Below, one piece after another: positions 46,301 through 60,002 of a stretch of DNA of 64,000 nt. The first letter of the stretch is position 1, and every line of letters starts with the position of its first letter. The notes under the pieces were generated by a model. That model was not told where the DNA came from, did no database searches, and saw only the letters and a program-made list of their open reading frames with translations. Origin of the DNA: Psammoneis japonica (taxonomy: Eukaryota); assembly GCA_008632985.1 (NCBI GenBank), contig QPGO01000007.1, positions 744,001 to 808,000 on the forward strand, in the 5' to 3' direction. The position numbers and the translations under genes were made by a program.

Positions 46301-49300
46301 GAGTTGTTTTGTGTTCCTTGGTGCAGCCAACAGTCAAACAAGGGCAAGGAAATGGATTGGATTCAGGCCAAAGATCTGTGCTGTCTTGAGGCCAGCTTTG
46401 GGTGTGGCAAAGGTGATGCTGCAGCTGTCCAAAGACAAGACTCTTCAATGCGCCACAACCACATCCCTCCCAGCCACATCAAAATGTGCACCACAGAAGT
46501 TGCCTCAATTCACTTGTGTTGCCAGAACTCTCTCACCCCCACAAAGTCACCTTGATCAAGTTGTGTGAGTTTGTTCCCAATCATGACAGCCCCAATGGCC
46601 AAAACAGCCCTTGCCAGAGATTCCAACTTGTCTGTCAGTGCTGGTTCTTGTCAATCCTTGGATCACTGCTTTCCAGCAAAGCATTGCTGGTGGCTAAAAA
46701 GTGTGTGTCAATCCTGGCATCAATGCCATGCCACCATTTGTCATGTGTGCTGCTCCCCAGTTGATTGGTTGATCCAAACCAATCAGCTGATGAGCAGCAG
46801 GGGGGGGGGGGGGGGGCAACCAGCCACCAGCCAAAAAGCCAAAAAGCTTTTTGCCCACTCCTCCTGGCTGCAATGACAGATCATCATCTTCAGATGGCAT
46901 GTGGCGGTGTTGCCTCAGGACAAAAATGTGCCATTGTTAAAAAAGCAGGCAGCAGTCCTTTCCATTGTCATGTCAAAAATTTTGAAGTTGTTTTTGTGTG
47001 TGCCACTCATTTCTCAGCAGAAGTCTCAACCAGCCATGATTTCTTCTTTTCATGACATGGTGCTCCCAGCATGTCATGTGCCCCTGTGACATTTGTTCAC
47101 ATGTGTGGTGCTCAACATGCAGATCTTTTTATGCTGGCTGCTTTATCCCACAACCCTCAAAGGTTTCTGGCCAGACAAGCCCAAGTCAGTCTTGGCCATG
47201 GCTCACTTGCCACTGTACAAAAAAACTCTGGAATTACAAAATTGCATGGAAGCAGCACCAGGACCCCAGCAGAAATGCCAAAAAAGTCTGGAACATGCAG
47301 AAACTGTGTGGAATCCAGCATAGAATCAGTGCCAGGAATGTCAAAAAATCATGACATTCAAGACTTTTTTGGCATTTCTGCAGAGACCCTGGTGCTGCTT
47401 CCATGCAAATTCAATGTTCCTGAGTTCTTTTGCGGGGCAGCTTGTGGCAGCTGAAAAAGTCAGGTTCTACACCTGCTGTGCCATTGTCCATTTTCAGCCA
47501 ATGACCAGATTTGTGCCAAAGCACTTGCTGGCAAAGGACAGCTCCACAGACTTGTTCTTGGTGGCAGCAGCAAAGTTTTCTTCTGGCTTCTCCATCTCCG
47601 CCAAGAAACTCAGATGATGAGCCATGTTTTGCTCATCTCTCCAGGAGTCCACTGAAACACTCAAGTGTGGGGAAATTCCTGTGGATGAGTTAAACGAAAA
47701 ATGGCTGATTTTGTTGAAAGGGACCCTTTTTGCAATTGTTGTGCTGTTCAGTGCCTCACTTTTTGAAACATGTGGTGGTGTGCAAGTTGATCTTTTGGCC
47801 CTGTGCACTTGTTGCTTTGCAGCAACTCAATTGTCATGTGTTTCTTCAGGTCATCATTGTCTGGGCTGCTGCTGCTGCTGCTTTGTTTGTGACAGAGTGT
47901 CTTCTTAAGACCCTGTTCAAACACCATCAAACATTGTCACACCTGAAAAATGCAAAAAGACAGTGCAGGCACAATGTGAGAGCCACAGTCTCCTGCAGGC
48001 CCATCTTAAAATGCAGCAGTTTGTGCAGCATGCCCCAAGGCAGCATCAATGACTTTCCAAAGGACTGGTGGTCATTGTGCAAGAAACACACAAGTGACAA
48101 AGTTGCAAGCATCTCAGGCAATGCAGTTCTCCCCCCTTGGCTGCTGCATCTTGGCAAACTGTGCAGCCGTGCAATCTTTGTGTGTGTGTGTGTGTGTGTG
48201 TGTGCTGTGTGTGTGCACATTGCTGCCAAACAAGTGCAAGCCATGATGAGCAAACAAGCCAAGAGGAGTTTCCAACTTTTTGCAGGAGAGCATGCAAAGG
48301 CAAGGTGGTGGTCTGAGCAAGAAGCCAGAAACTCATTCAACACACCCAAGAACTTGCAGTCAACATCACATGCAGTTTGTGCACTGAGTCCAACCTTGTG
48401 CTGGCAACCACAAAAGGATTTCTCAGCCAGGCCCAGCCCAGGCACAAAGGCATTCAGCAAGTGTTGGTTTGGTTTTGTCACAATCAGCTGTGCTGTGCAA
48501 CAGTGCAACAGCTGTTGTGGAAAATGAGATCTGTTGAAGTGCTTGAATTTAGAAAAGAGGCTGACGCAAGACCATTTGCAAGACATTGTTGGTTTGAAAA
48601 TCAAGGATGTTCTTGTTGAAAAAAGCAACTTCATTGCAGATGGTTGGAGCAAAGGAGGCACACTGCAGTGCTGTGTGTCACTTGGAAAAGCCAAAGTGTG
48701 GTGGGACATTGGCCTGGTTTGGGAGATGGTTGTGGGTCTTTGTTTGGGCATCCGCAGCCACTTGGATGCAGACAAGAGCATGAGAAAACAATGAGCCACT
48801 GGGCAAAAACACTGTGGAAAAAATGTGTGGCGTTGTTTGTGTCACTTTGAAGTTGTCTGCACATGGGCACAAGGAGCAGATGCAAAATGTCCCCCAATGG
48901 GAGGTGAAGCCTCCACAGCATGTTTGCTGCTTTGTTCTGCTCTTGCCCCACTTTTGCTTGCCACCACACAACCATTGCTTGTCCTGGACATCCCTGCTGC
49001 AGGCAACCTCTCTGATGGAGCCACTGCTGCTGCTCCTGCTGCTGTGGGAGCCAAAGCAGATGACTCATTGAAATTGGCACAGGCAGCTGCCACCATTGTC
49101 TGATGTTTCTGGCGGGAATCCAGGGACACTGCAAATGATGAAAAGATTGTAGATTCTGTTAAAATTTTTGACCAGCCTTTGCAGCAGTTTGCCAACAAGA
49201 GCTGCCACTGGTGGATTTGTTTGCCCAAACCTTTTTTGCACAACTCATTTGCAAACAAGTGTTTGTGGAATGTCAAGGGCCCCAATTGGCTGCAAACTTG

Positions 49301-52300
49301 TTTACAAACCAAAGAGCTTGAACAGCTCACAATGCAGTCATCACATGCAAATCACATGCACCCAAATCACATCTTGCCACTTGCTTGCTTGGTGCAACTC
49401 CACATCCAGTTGGATGTGACTGGGTTCATCTGCCACATCACACTCAAGTGCAACAGCTTGATTGGCAACAGCAAACAAACAGCCAATTGTTGTTGTGCCA
49501 CTGTGCCATTGCCAGGAGGCCACATCCCATTGGAAATGAGCATCACTGATGAAGACAGCACACATTGGACAGAGAAACAATCCTCAAAATGACAGAAGAG
49601 TCCTGCCATTTTGATTGCCTGGTTGAGTTTTTCTCTTGTCACACTGGATGGCTGGTGCAGGCCACCACTCCCTCTGATCTGCATGACAGGGAGCAGCTGC
49701 GGGGATGGGTTGCTTTGCAGCCAACAAACTGCACTCTTTGCAACAAGGTGGCATGCTGGAAAAATGTTTGCACATGACAAAGGCTGGACTCACTCCTGTG
49801 ATGAGCAAGCAGAAAAAAATGATGCATGGCATGATCACCTTTCACCTTCTTGATTGAAAATGCACCAATGCAATGTGTGGAGTTGGGTGTCTGGGCAAAG
49901 AGAGCAATGGAGAACATGTGCTGCAAGATTGTTTGGTGACAGCAACTCTTGTGGTGCTTCTTCTCTAGCTTGTGGCTGGACCCAGCTGGCCACAAGCAGT
50001 TTTTCTTGACAAATGTTTTGCCTTGCTGTTTGATGCCTTGACATTTTTTCCAAAAAGTCACAGCTGCACTCATGTTTGTGCCAAGTCATGGTGCAAGAAG
50101 CAAGGCTTTGTCAGAGCCATGCCCATTGGAATCCTCAACTCCTCTGCAACCACTTCTTTGCAGAGCCAGCCAGAGAGGAGTGTCTGGCAAACTGCCACTG
50201 CAGACTCAGCACAAATTTTTGGTGGAGTGAATGCAATGGACACCTCCAAAGCCAATTGGAACTTTGGCTTCCCCATTTTGCAATGAGTCACAGACATTGA
50301 CAAGTCTCTGTCACTCCACATGATGATGCTGCAACCTGCACTGCACCCAGTGGCAGCATTGTTTGTCAAAGCAAAGAAGTGTGCTTCCTGTCAAAAAGTG
50401 ACTTCTAGTTTCGTGCAAGCATGTGCATCATGTCAGGGGTTTGGTTCTTCCTGAGAAGCTCAGGTTTGCATCCAAATCTGACAATGCAGCTGCAATCCAT
50501 TGCTGCTGGATGGTCGACCTTCACTCAGCTGATCTTCAAGTTTGAACACCATCACAGGTGCCAAACTGGCATTTGAATGAGGGGCACGACCCAGTCCAAC
50601 CATGGATCCATCAGCTGACAAGGACACCCACAGTCTAAATGAAATGCTCTCAGTTGCACCATTTGGATGTTGCCCTGCTTTGTGACTCACTTTCCTGTGC
50701 TTGGACAATGTTGAAAGATTCCAACTCCTCCAACTTCACTCATGTTTGTTGATTTGTGCCAGGTGCTTCCCACAGCCACCACATGACCATTTTGCTTCCA
50801 CTCAAAGACAATGAAGAACCAATTGGATCATTTTGCTGCTGGGGGCATGGAGTTTGACCTTGTTGCAACCATGCCAACTTTGCGTGATCACAGGCAAACA
50901 ACACCAAAACACATCATCCTGACATTTCATCTGCCCAAAGTCCTGGTTCACCCATCACAATGACCAAACTGCTGTCATCCAGGGAAACAGTGTGTGTTCA
51001 TGCTGACCAAAGTGGTTTCCCTCTTTGTGTGGTTCCCCATTGAACCCATGAGAACAATGTGTGATTGCACTCACAAATTGACACACTTGACCAGCACTGA
51101 CTTCACAAGTGTCATTTCTCAACTCCCCAATGCCAACAACTGTCCCCAAGCAATTCAAAAACACTGAACACCAAAAACTGGGTTTGCTGAAAAGAGTCTG
51201 TCTGAGTTGTTGCCATCAAGCATGGAGATTGCACTGGCACAATCAAACCACCCATCCAGAATCAACAAAATTAAATCTGCATTGTCATGTGGCAAGAATG
51301 TCTCCTGTTGTGTCTTCTGCCAACATGGGCTTGGGTCAAAACAAGAGAGTGTGGCCAAGTGCTGGAGAAAATGCAAGCCACTTCAAGCTGGGCCTCAAGC
51401 CCAGATGAGCTCTCAAGTGTGCATTCACAACACATGCACAAAAGCACAGCTGTTTGAGACAGCTGACATTTTTTTGTTTTTGTCCTGGAGTTGCTGCAAC
51501 ATTTGAGCAAGGCTGTTTGTGAGTTTTTGCTTGTGAGCACAGTTGACAACTGCCCTGGCTTGCACCCATCATCAGCTGATGAGTGCAAAGTCAACAACAC
51601 AAAATCTTCATGATGACTGCAGCTGTTGCCTTTGCTCAAAAATGCAGTTTTCCATCATGGGGCGATGTCAAACCACACTGATCATTTGGCACATGGAGAC
51701 CATGGCTCCACAAAACCAGTCTCATGGCAGCAACTCCCAACCTCCACCTGCAAACTTGTGGCTCATGGTTTTACCTGCTCCTGAGCAAGGCATGGTGCAC
51801 ATGGAAATTTCTCCCCGATTTTAAAAACCTGCAAAGCACCTGGAAATGAGTGATTTGCATTTGACATTTGCCATCAAATGAAGATCATGCAGCACTCACA
51901 TGACACAAGACAAGCATGGCACTGGGGACAGAGAAGGCCCCACACTGATTTGAGGTGTTGCCATCATCTTGGCACACTGATGGACAAAGAAGAATGTGGC
52001 AGTTTGGCCACAATTTTCCGGTGCAAAATGCAGTGCAGGTTGCACCACAACACCGCTCTCAGTTCTTCTGAGACACATTCTTGGCTGCAAGGAAGAGAAC
52101 AACAGTGAAAACAATGGCACAAGTGCAAAAAAGATAAAGATGACAGCAGTGTGATGAGACAAGGTGCACAACAATCAGCAGAAGCTTTGCTGCTGAGCAC
52201 TTCATTTGCACATCTGTTGGCACTCCAACAGCTGAAAAAGCAAGCACTTTTTGTCACTTCAAGTGAGTGCATGTTTTCAGCTGTGCCTGCTGGAAAAGAA

Positions 52301-52600
52301 GAGATGATCTTTGACAATGAATTTGTGAAAGAACACATCACAAAATCACATGAAAATTTTCCAATCAACAATCAGGTGTTGTGTTGGGGGTGCACTTTCA
52401 ACAATGAATGTGCAAACAAATTCAACAATGAAATGTGCAAACAAATAGACAACCCAGTGCTCCAACAACACACATGGGGGTTTTATTTGTGTGGCACGCC
52501 GCACAAATTTGAGCAAATCTCGTGGCTCCACTGATGCGTTGGACTGTCCACGTTGCGGCAGCACTTGAAGTTGTGAGCCACGAGATTGAGCCACAGCAAG
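43376..52600. mobile_element. Degenerate repeat block of unassigned family with internal dispersed duplications
   Basis: Related units at about 43420-44190, 44195-44830 and 46350-46770, and at about 45360-45680 and 50915-51220; near absence of TpA and CpG. Confidence 0.6.
47220..47432. repeat. About 70-bp inverted repeat / foldback (MITE-like)
   Basis: ttgcatggaagcagcaccagg...gcagaaatgccaaaaaagtct at 47242-47289 pairs with agacttttttggcatttctgc...cctggtgctgcttccatgcaa at 47361-47408. Confidence 0.8.
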
Positions 52601-52949
52601 CTGATTCTTTTCTTTCCAACAAAAAATCATGTTTTTGAATAAGCCCTTCTGTGCCTAATTCGAAGCGAAGGATGAAAATTCCAGAATTCATTTGGAATGA
52701 ATAGTTGGGTTGTGGGATCGAGCTCATATTCGATTTTGATTTGAGATTGGGTATCTCTGCTGCGAACCTGGGGGCCTGGGTGTTCACCAAAAATGACTAG
52801 TCGTAGATGAAACTCTAGAGTGGTATAATAGTGGATCAACGCTTCGAGACTAGTTATGGTGTTAACTTGCCATCGTTTTACTCTTTCGTTTGTTCAATAC
52901 CCAGTTCAGTTGACAAATTTGCAACCAGGGCTAGCGATGCGTTTCAGTT

Positions 52950-55503
52950 TCAAACCTGATTATCCGTGAAATCATCTTCGGATGTCATAACTGTATCTGC
53001 AAAGCTGCTCCTAGCTCGAAAGAACCGCTGTAGGGTCACTGCAGCCTTTCCTTCATCACCGTCCACACTAGCACAGACTGCTTCCGAACCACTGAACATG
53101 GGGTATTCTTCTTCGGCATCACTACCTACCGGATCACTGCTGTTGCGTTGCGAGGTCTCTTTCGATACTAGTGTACGCCATTTCATATATCGTACAATAC
53201 TTTCTGGGTCTGTTCCATCCTCTTCAGAATCCCCAACGCCGAGTCCAAGCTTCTTTTTGAGATTAGACCGGTTTGACAACTCCGCAATTGAATTTCGCAC
53301 ACCCTGTCTAGCCTTTTGATTCAACAGAATGCAGCCCAATACCTCCGCAAGGCTTAGATAAAACAAGGACCACACTCCCTTTGCCCACACTATTGCGAGC
53401 ACCATGTTAACCACCCCAAAGATAACGGGAAGGAATAGTTTTCCGATCTTGTCTGCATATCCCAGCTGGAATTCGCTGCTCCGTTTGATCTGTTGATAGC
53501 TGGACTCGTAGGCAGTAATGAGGAACGCGATGAAATGGAAACTGAGAGAAAGCATGAGAAATACGTCGAGCAAGGTAAAGGCCGTATCAACTTCTGATAC
53601 GGAGGCTTCTCGCAAAGCCAACGACGCCAGAATCGTTGTAATTGCCATTCCACCACGGTCCAAATTTATGCTATCAGACCGAGCAGGAATCCAGAACTGC
53701 GCAAAGGAGATGATATTGAGGAGAAAGCTAGGAACAACCAACGACAAGATGACAAAAGTTGGATCTCTTGCCATCCCCACACGATAATGGACAACCTCGT
53801 AGTTTGTATTCTCAATGTCCATGTTGACAACAGTGGCGCCTTGCTCCCAATCATTGTTGGTAATTGTGACATCAAAAGCCTCGTCATCCGGTAACTCCAA
53901 AGTTGGCGCAAGCGTGAATTCGTCAGGAGTGTAGGATGTCACGTCAACGCCACATCTATGATCGTCAAACGGAAAGTGCAAAAGGGTATCGTCCATCGTA
54001 CCACAGCGATACTCAGCAGCGCTGATGCTTTGTTCCCAAACAACACTACCATCCCGATAGACAGTCGTGGACACTGTCTCAATGCGACCAAGGGAAGTGC
54101 TAAGCATGTTGCTCAGGACTACAACTGGGTGCCATATCGTAGCAACGTCCACACGAATGAACTCAGTATCCGGAAAGCTCACTGAACTCCATGCAAGACG
54201 CTTGTCTTTCCATGAGAGCACGAGCAGCCCTTGACCAAATATGGACGATGTTGCGGCGTTGACCTCGAATATCTGAAAGTTCTTCAGTGCTGCAACAACC
54301 GGCACTGGCTGCTTTATATCTGAGGGATTCACATTGTTGCACGCGCGGAACTTATAAATGGAGGAATTTTGGGGTTGTACAAGACAAGACGTTCTCGTAG
54401 AACTACCTTGGAAGGGTCCTTGACTCGAATGGCAACTGCTGTAGACACTTCGTTAGGGAGAGATGAAACGAGCTCGCTCCAAGCTGATTCCTGAAGCATG
54501 TTGTAGTCGTTCAGACCGCAAGTGGGGCCTGGATTCACGCTACAATCGGTCGGTTCACCAAATTCACCATCGCCTGTCGCTTTGGGAGATAAGAGGGTCT
54601 GCATTGTGTACACCACTCCACTTGGAGGAGTCTGATCGACGGTGGCAAACATGTCACCAGATTCGAGCAAGGGTATAGTGTAGGCGTTAGCATCATATCC
54701 GCCCACTAATAGCTTCTTGTCCGGACGTATTTGGCGAGCGGAAACTAGTGCACCCAGCGCCATGTCGTCGTTGGCTGCAATGACGGCATTGACGGAGCCG
54801 TCGCGTAGAAAGACTGGCGACATTATGGCGGCCGCTTTGTGGCACTCCAATCTGCATAGAAGGAATATTTGACGTTGTGCTTGGCTTCTGGGCAGGTCTC
54901 GTTCATGCCCCGAATGAAGTTCTGGATTCGGGCCGTAGAGTGCCCCGCGTCCGGTGGCCCGTACAAAACGGCGATGGTGGCAGGGGCGATCGAGGCAGCG
55001 GCGCGACAAAACTCCTCTCCAACTTGTCTTCCACCAGCGGCATTATCTGGAAAGACCTCGGTTGATCTAATGTTCTCTTCCGTCCTGTTCACTTCAAGAG
55101 CCTCAAAATCGGGCTGGTTTTCGATGAACCATCCAATAACACCGGCGCGGAGTGCTGGCAGATATCTTTCACCAATGTTCCCAGGGTTACAAGCGCCCTC
55201 TTCGCAATGATGGGTCTGCAGGATCGTAGCTACGAAGTGAATGTCGGCATCAGGGTTGACCGCTTTCCGGTCAGTAACCGCAGTAACAGCCTTCATTTCA
55301 TCTTGATCTGAGGCAATACAAGTCACCGATTCAAAGTCTATGAGTTCAACGAGATTGTCTTTCAAGTTAGTGAAGAATTCCGACTTTTTTGTTTCTTTGC
55401 ATCCTTGCATAATCAGGTGGCGTTCCACCGTTGGCGAAGCGCACTGAACCACACGTTGACCATGCCAAAAGGTGAAACAAAGAAGGCCGAAGAACCGGAT
55501 CAT
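52950..55503 (-). CDS. Signal peptide + periplasmic-binding-protein-like domain + pentameric ligand-gated ion channel + C-terminal IQ-like motif; two apparent 1-nt frameshifts (about 54835 and 54340)
   Basis: DNAAGGRQVG, ARIQNF, VIAANDDMALGA, VGGYD, ATVDQ (RbsB-like); LYNPKIPP, WKDKRLAW, IWHP, C...FPFDDHRC, DRGGMAITTIL, TLLDVF (pLGIC); AAVTLQRFFRAR. Confidence 0.8.
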
Positions 55504-58029
55504 CGTGAAAACGTCGTTTCCGCTTGCTTCAGCGCGCTGCGGTGCGATCCTTTTTTCATCTTATTATATAAACTTGTGGCTGGGTGAATCCGGTGAATTC
55601 GCTCTCTACAAAATTAGACACGTCGGAGAGATCCGCCACATCGTCGACACAAAATCATGTGATGCTGTGCGACATTTTTTTATGTTTTTTTTGATGAATT
55701 CGGACATGCATGTCTGACGTGGTTGTCCGCGCGCGTTGTGGCAGCCGGGCGAACGCCAGACTTAGACTGAAACCCGAAACACGATGTCGCTGCTTCCGAC
55801 AACTTCAGGCGACGTTCTCAAGGTTCAACATTGAAGGTGTGGCATAGGAGAACATTCATTCGTCGACATTTATGATAGAGATGAAGGAGAAAATATCCTG
55901 ACTGTTGTGGGAGGTGATGCTGAGCTGAAAACAAGAGCTCATCCACAAGTGCATCCGTCGCCTTTTCCTATCGCAACCGCCTGATCGACTCAGAATGCCA
56001 AGAAATTCACGAGGAGGGGTTGTTTAAGGAATTAGAGAGACCCTTCATGTAATAAAGGAAGCTACTATGGGCAAGACAAGGAAACAAAAGAGCAATTCGA
56101 GGACGTGAGGACCCGCAAGCTGGTGGACCCACAAATCTGCCAATCTACCACCGGAGACAATTTGCAATGTAGGAGACGACTCCTAGTTGTAACTAGCAAT
56201 TACAAGCACTAGTCCATGCTACTTTATCATATTACGTATTAAAAATCTATTCTTATCATTGCAGTAATGATTTCCAGCGCTTGGAGCCTTGCAGAGAGAA
56301 CTGCCTGCGCACACCAAGAACAGGATCAATCCCACTTCCGGGCTTCAATGTCACTAATTGTGTTTGTTGACTTTTGCCAAAGCTCATATTGGATGTCCTC
56401 CTACGTAGCAGATGCTTCCTGTGCTATTCTATAAAGTGTCCAATCTATATTATTAACAAACTGTGCATCGTTCGGTGTATGCAAAATGATTAAAATGGTG
56501 TCCGACAAATGGGTTCCGGCCAGCTGTCGTCATTTACCTATCACTGGCAGCATTTTCTACAGTTTGATCCCGATCTTAGAAATATTGACCACTTCAAAAC
56601 GCCTCTTTGCAGACAATATGAACAATTTAAGCCGTGCTCCGAGTCGATTTGGTTGGAGCTGGAATGTTCAAAGGATCCGAGGTCCAACTGCTTGCGGCTC
56701 CTCAGGAACTCGCATAAATTTTTGGCACCTGATAACTGCCCAGGATCGTCTCACTTAGTCATAGAGGGTGGTGTTTGAGCCATTGATTGAAACTTTTGGA
56801 TGGATTAATGTAGACATTGAGTCGATTTGAATGTCGCAAATGATCGTGACAAGCGAGGATTGCCGCGCTTGCTTTTGTTTTTGAAACGGAAAACACTGCC
56901 AAAGAAAGAGCTTGTGCCTTTCTATGTCATCTTTATCGAATATATCGTCCAAGTCATGGGTACCAGCATAATACATTCCACTTTACACCTTCAAAACATT
57001 TGCTGTCGTGTCGGATGCAGAAGAAACAAAGAAATTGAGTGAAAAGTTCAGATGACGATTAAAGGCATCAAATGAAGATGCCTTGCTTTAGTGCCCTTAC
57101 CTTATCATCATAACGAGGTTTTAACATGCTATCCAGGTGTTTCTTACACTTGGTGTTAAATATTGCCGCCGCCGCAACCGATCCCATGGTCGACTTGAGT
57201 TGCGTCGCGTTATTGCGTTTTCGATGAAGAAAAATTGATTTTATGGGTTATGAGCGTTTTGTCGAAAATCACAGCGCGGACGTGGCCCAAACTACTACAG
57301 AAAGAATAAACAGGCGTCAGACGCCAGTTTCCTAGCGTTTTACCGGTAAAATAATTATTTAGAAATTGCGTACAATTTTAAAAAAGAGATAAGGTTGGAT
57401 CGAAAAATGCGACAGAGACGCACAAAAACGCGACACAACACGACAAGCGACAATGGCGACCATGTGGGGATGAAAACAATATCCACACTAATTTCAGGCA
57501 TACTGTAGTAACAATATAAATATGATAAGTGTAACTGATACAATATTTGGCTCACTGGTGTCTATCTAATAGCTCTAATCGATCATTCGAGATGATGCCA
57601 TTGTCATCAATATCCCGTATTTTGCTACGCGTAATTCACGTAGAAAATTGCAAAAAAAGCCATTGACAACGATGCTCTGAAATCAACCACAAACTGCATC
57701 CAGAGTCAATATGGGCACACATCTATACTTATTACTCGCCATACGACATATCTAATGCGTTTCGTCCCACAAAAATTAGTCAATAGCGTCACCGGCGGCA
57801 CGCCATTGTCAGCATCGAATGCCGTACAAAAAGCACGGGGACGACGGAAATCGACTTCTTCTGTCGCATTTGTCTGTCTATCGCCCGTTTGTCTCGTAGA
57901 ATCTACGAGAAAGTTCCCATACATTTTACGGTCTGTCCATGCTTCATCTGACGCCTGTTTATTCCTGACAACCGATTGTTCTGCGCGTAGCAAAAGCGTC
58001 GTGATAACATACATACAGTAGACTACCCG

Positions 58030-58302
58030 CACCCCTGTGCAGGGGATGCTATGGGATGCAGGTTGGTGTGGTGTGTGATGACATCATCACACGCGCTGAG
58101 TTGCATACTGTACTGTAAGTTCACATCACATTCACACTACTGTAATAATTACAGTACCTACAACATGTCGCTAAATTTGGCTTATGTACAGTAGCCTAAT
58201 ACTGTAATAGCATATAAAAATTTTCATGACGTCTAAATTACATGACCATGCGCGCGCGCTGCCATCACATCCATACCGGTACTCTCCCCTAGCACAGGGG
58301 TG
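58030..58302. mobile_element. Putative MITE (about 270 bp)
   Basis: Terminal inverted repeat cacccctgtgc(t)agggga / tcccctagcacaggggtg; TSD not clearly resolved. Confidence 0.5.
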
Positions 58303-58466
58303 GACTAGGTACCCGGCTCCCAAGCCGGGAGTGGGTACCCGGTAAACCCGAAAGATGGAAGATGCAAAGATGCGAGTCCAGAATCATCCAGAATAGAATA
58401 CAAGCCTGTTTTGAGTCTTGAGTCTCCTGTTTTGTTGACAACAGCCAGAAGCAACGTGAGAGCATC

Positions 58467-59279
58467 ATGCCGCAAACAGGTTCAACGACAGTGGCCTTTT
58501 TGGCAGGAGGAGCTGTGGGAGCGATGGCTACTCTTCTATGCCTTGCCAGAATGCGACGAGGCCGCTATGCTGGTCAAAAAAAGCGACTTGTTAGGAACCA
58601 CAATATGGCACAACCAGCACCAACCTCCTCCAATCCGGATCGAGCGCGCATGGATCAAATCCTTGCGTTCATGAGAGAAACAGACAAGCTCAAGCTCGTG
58701 GATCGAACCGTTTATGTAACGGGTGGAAAGAAAAAAGAAAATTCGGCCGAACATTCGTGGCATTTGGCCCTGCTCTACATGGCACTCCAAGAGGACCTTC
58801 CATTGTGTGACAGTAGCGAGACAGCAGAAGATCGGCTCCGCATGTTGGAAATGCTCCTCATTCATGATCTTGTTGAAGTCTATGTCGGCGATACACCATT
58901 ACTGGAAAATGTTATTGTACGACCCGACGGAGATATGATGGAAGATGACCAGAAGTGGGCACCCAAACAGCGCGAGGAACATGCAGCAGCGGAAAAGCTC
59001 TTTGCCCTTCTTCCTGACGATCTCGCTACGCATTTTCGAGAGTTGTATGACGAATTTGAACAATGGTCAAGCCCCGTAGCCAAGGTTGCAAAGGGATTGG
59101 ACAAACTTCACTGTCTTGTACAAAACTCGTGTTGCAATGGTATGGATTACAAGGCCTACAACAGCACCTATGCTGGCGAAGTGTCGTTGATTGACAAGTA
59201 TGTAGAATTCGATCCTACCCTCAAGGTTTTGGCCGAAATTATCCTGCAACACGCCAAGGAACAGGGATGGCTGGGCTAA
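58467..59279 (+). CDS. HD-domain hydrolase (HDDC2/YfbR-like 5'-deoxynucleotidase family)
   Basis: LKLVDRT, ENSAEHSWHLA, LIHDLVEVYVGD, LYDEFE, AKGLDKL; hydrophobic N-terminal segment. Confidence 0.85.
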   Translation: MPQTGSTTVAFLAGGAVGAMATLLCLARMRRGRYAGQKKRLVRNHNMAQPAPTSSNPDRARMDQILAFMRETDKLKLVDRTVYVTGGKKKENSAEHSWHLALLYMALQEDLPLCDSSETAEDRLRMLEMLLIHDLVEVYVGDTPLLENVIVRPDGDMMEDDQKWAPKQREEHAAAEKLFALLPDDLATHFRELYDEFEQWSSPVAKVAKGLDKLHCLVQNSCCNGMDYKAYNSTYAGEVSLIDKYVEFDPTLKVLAEIILQHAKEQGWLG

Positions 59280-60002
59280 GAAGAAGAACCACCGGAGAAA
59301 CTCGCGGTTTTATCCTTGACGGGCCCTCTTTGTTGTGGATCCGCAATGTATCGTCCTGTAGCTATTACCTGCTTTCGTTTCAAGACCTCTATGTAGCGGT
59401 GTCACTCGTTGTTGGGGACATGTTCATTTGAAGGTACCTTTTTTTGCACAGTAGTTGCTAGAGCTACTGAGAAGGACTGATTCCTTCAAATGATACTTTC
59501 TATTTCTATGCATATCTAAAAGGCACATGGATGTTATACGGCATATATTCGCGTGTGCACAAAGGCAAATCTCCGAAGACTCTCATTCATGCGAACGCCA
59601 AAGACACACAAGTGCTCGTCCTCCTCCTTCTCCTCCTCCATGTGCTGCTTTGTGCCACGACGACGATCAGGCCACGACGGCCAAGTGCCGACGAGCGGGT
59701 CGCGAGAGGGCGGTGCGACTGGATTGAGGCACCATGTTGCGTTGGCCGGCCTGCACTTGCTGTGCGGTGAATAAATTACCCTGCAGTCGCATGAACTAGG
59801 GACAAGACTAAAAGAAAGCTTGTGACATCGTGCTGCTTTTCTAGAAGTGAGATCCAAGCCTGAGGAACCGTTCTGCGCCCAATCGCCAATGACAAAGCAC
59901 ACTGCACTAACTTGAATTGATCACATGGTAAATTCTTCAGTCCCCTCAAGTCGATGAATTGAACAATGAGTCGGCTTGACCCAATTTGCTCTCCGGCCAC
60001 AT

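Noticed and set aside
55700..57200. Possible coding remnant between the channel gene and the HD gene
   Set aside because: Only short ORFs with no recognisable motif.
58467..59279. HD-domain gene as the enzyme behind the hypermutation
   Set aside because: It is an ordinary nucleotidase-type family with no deaminase motif; proximity to TEs is not evidence.
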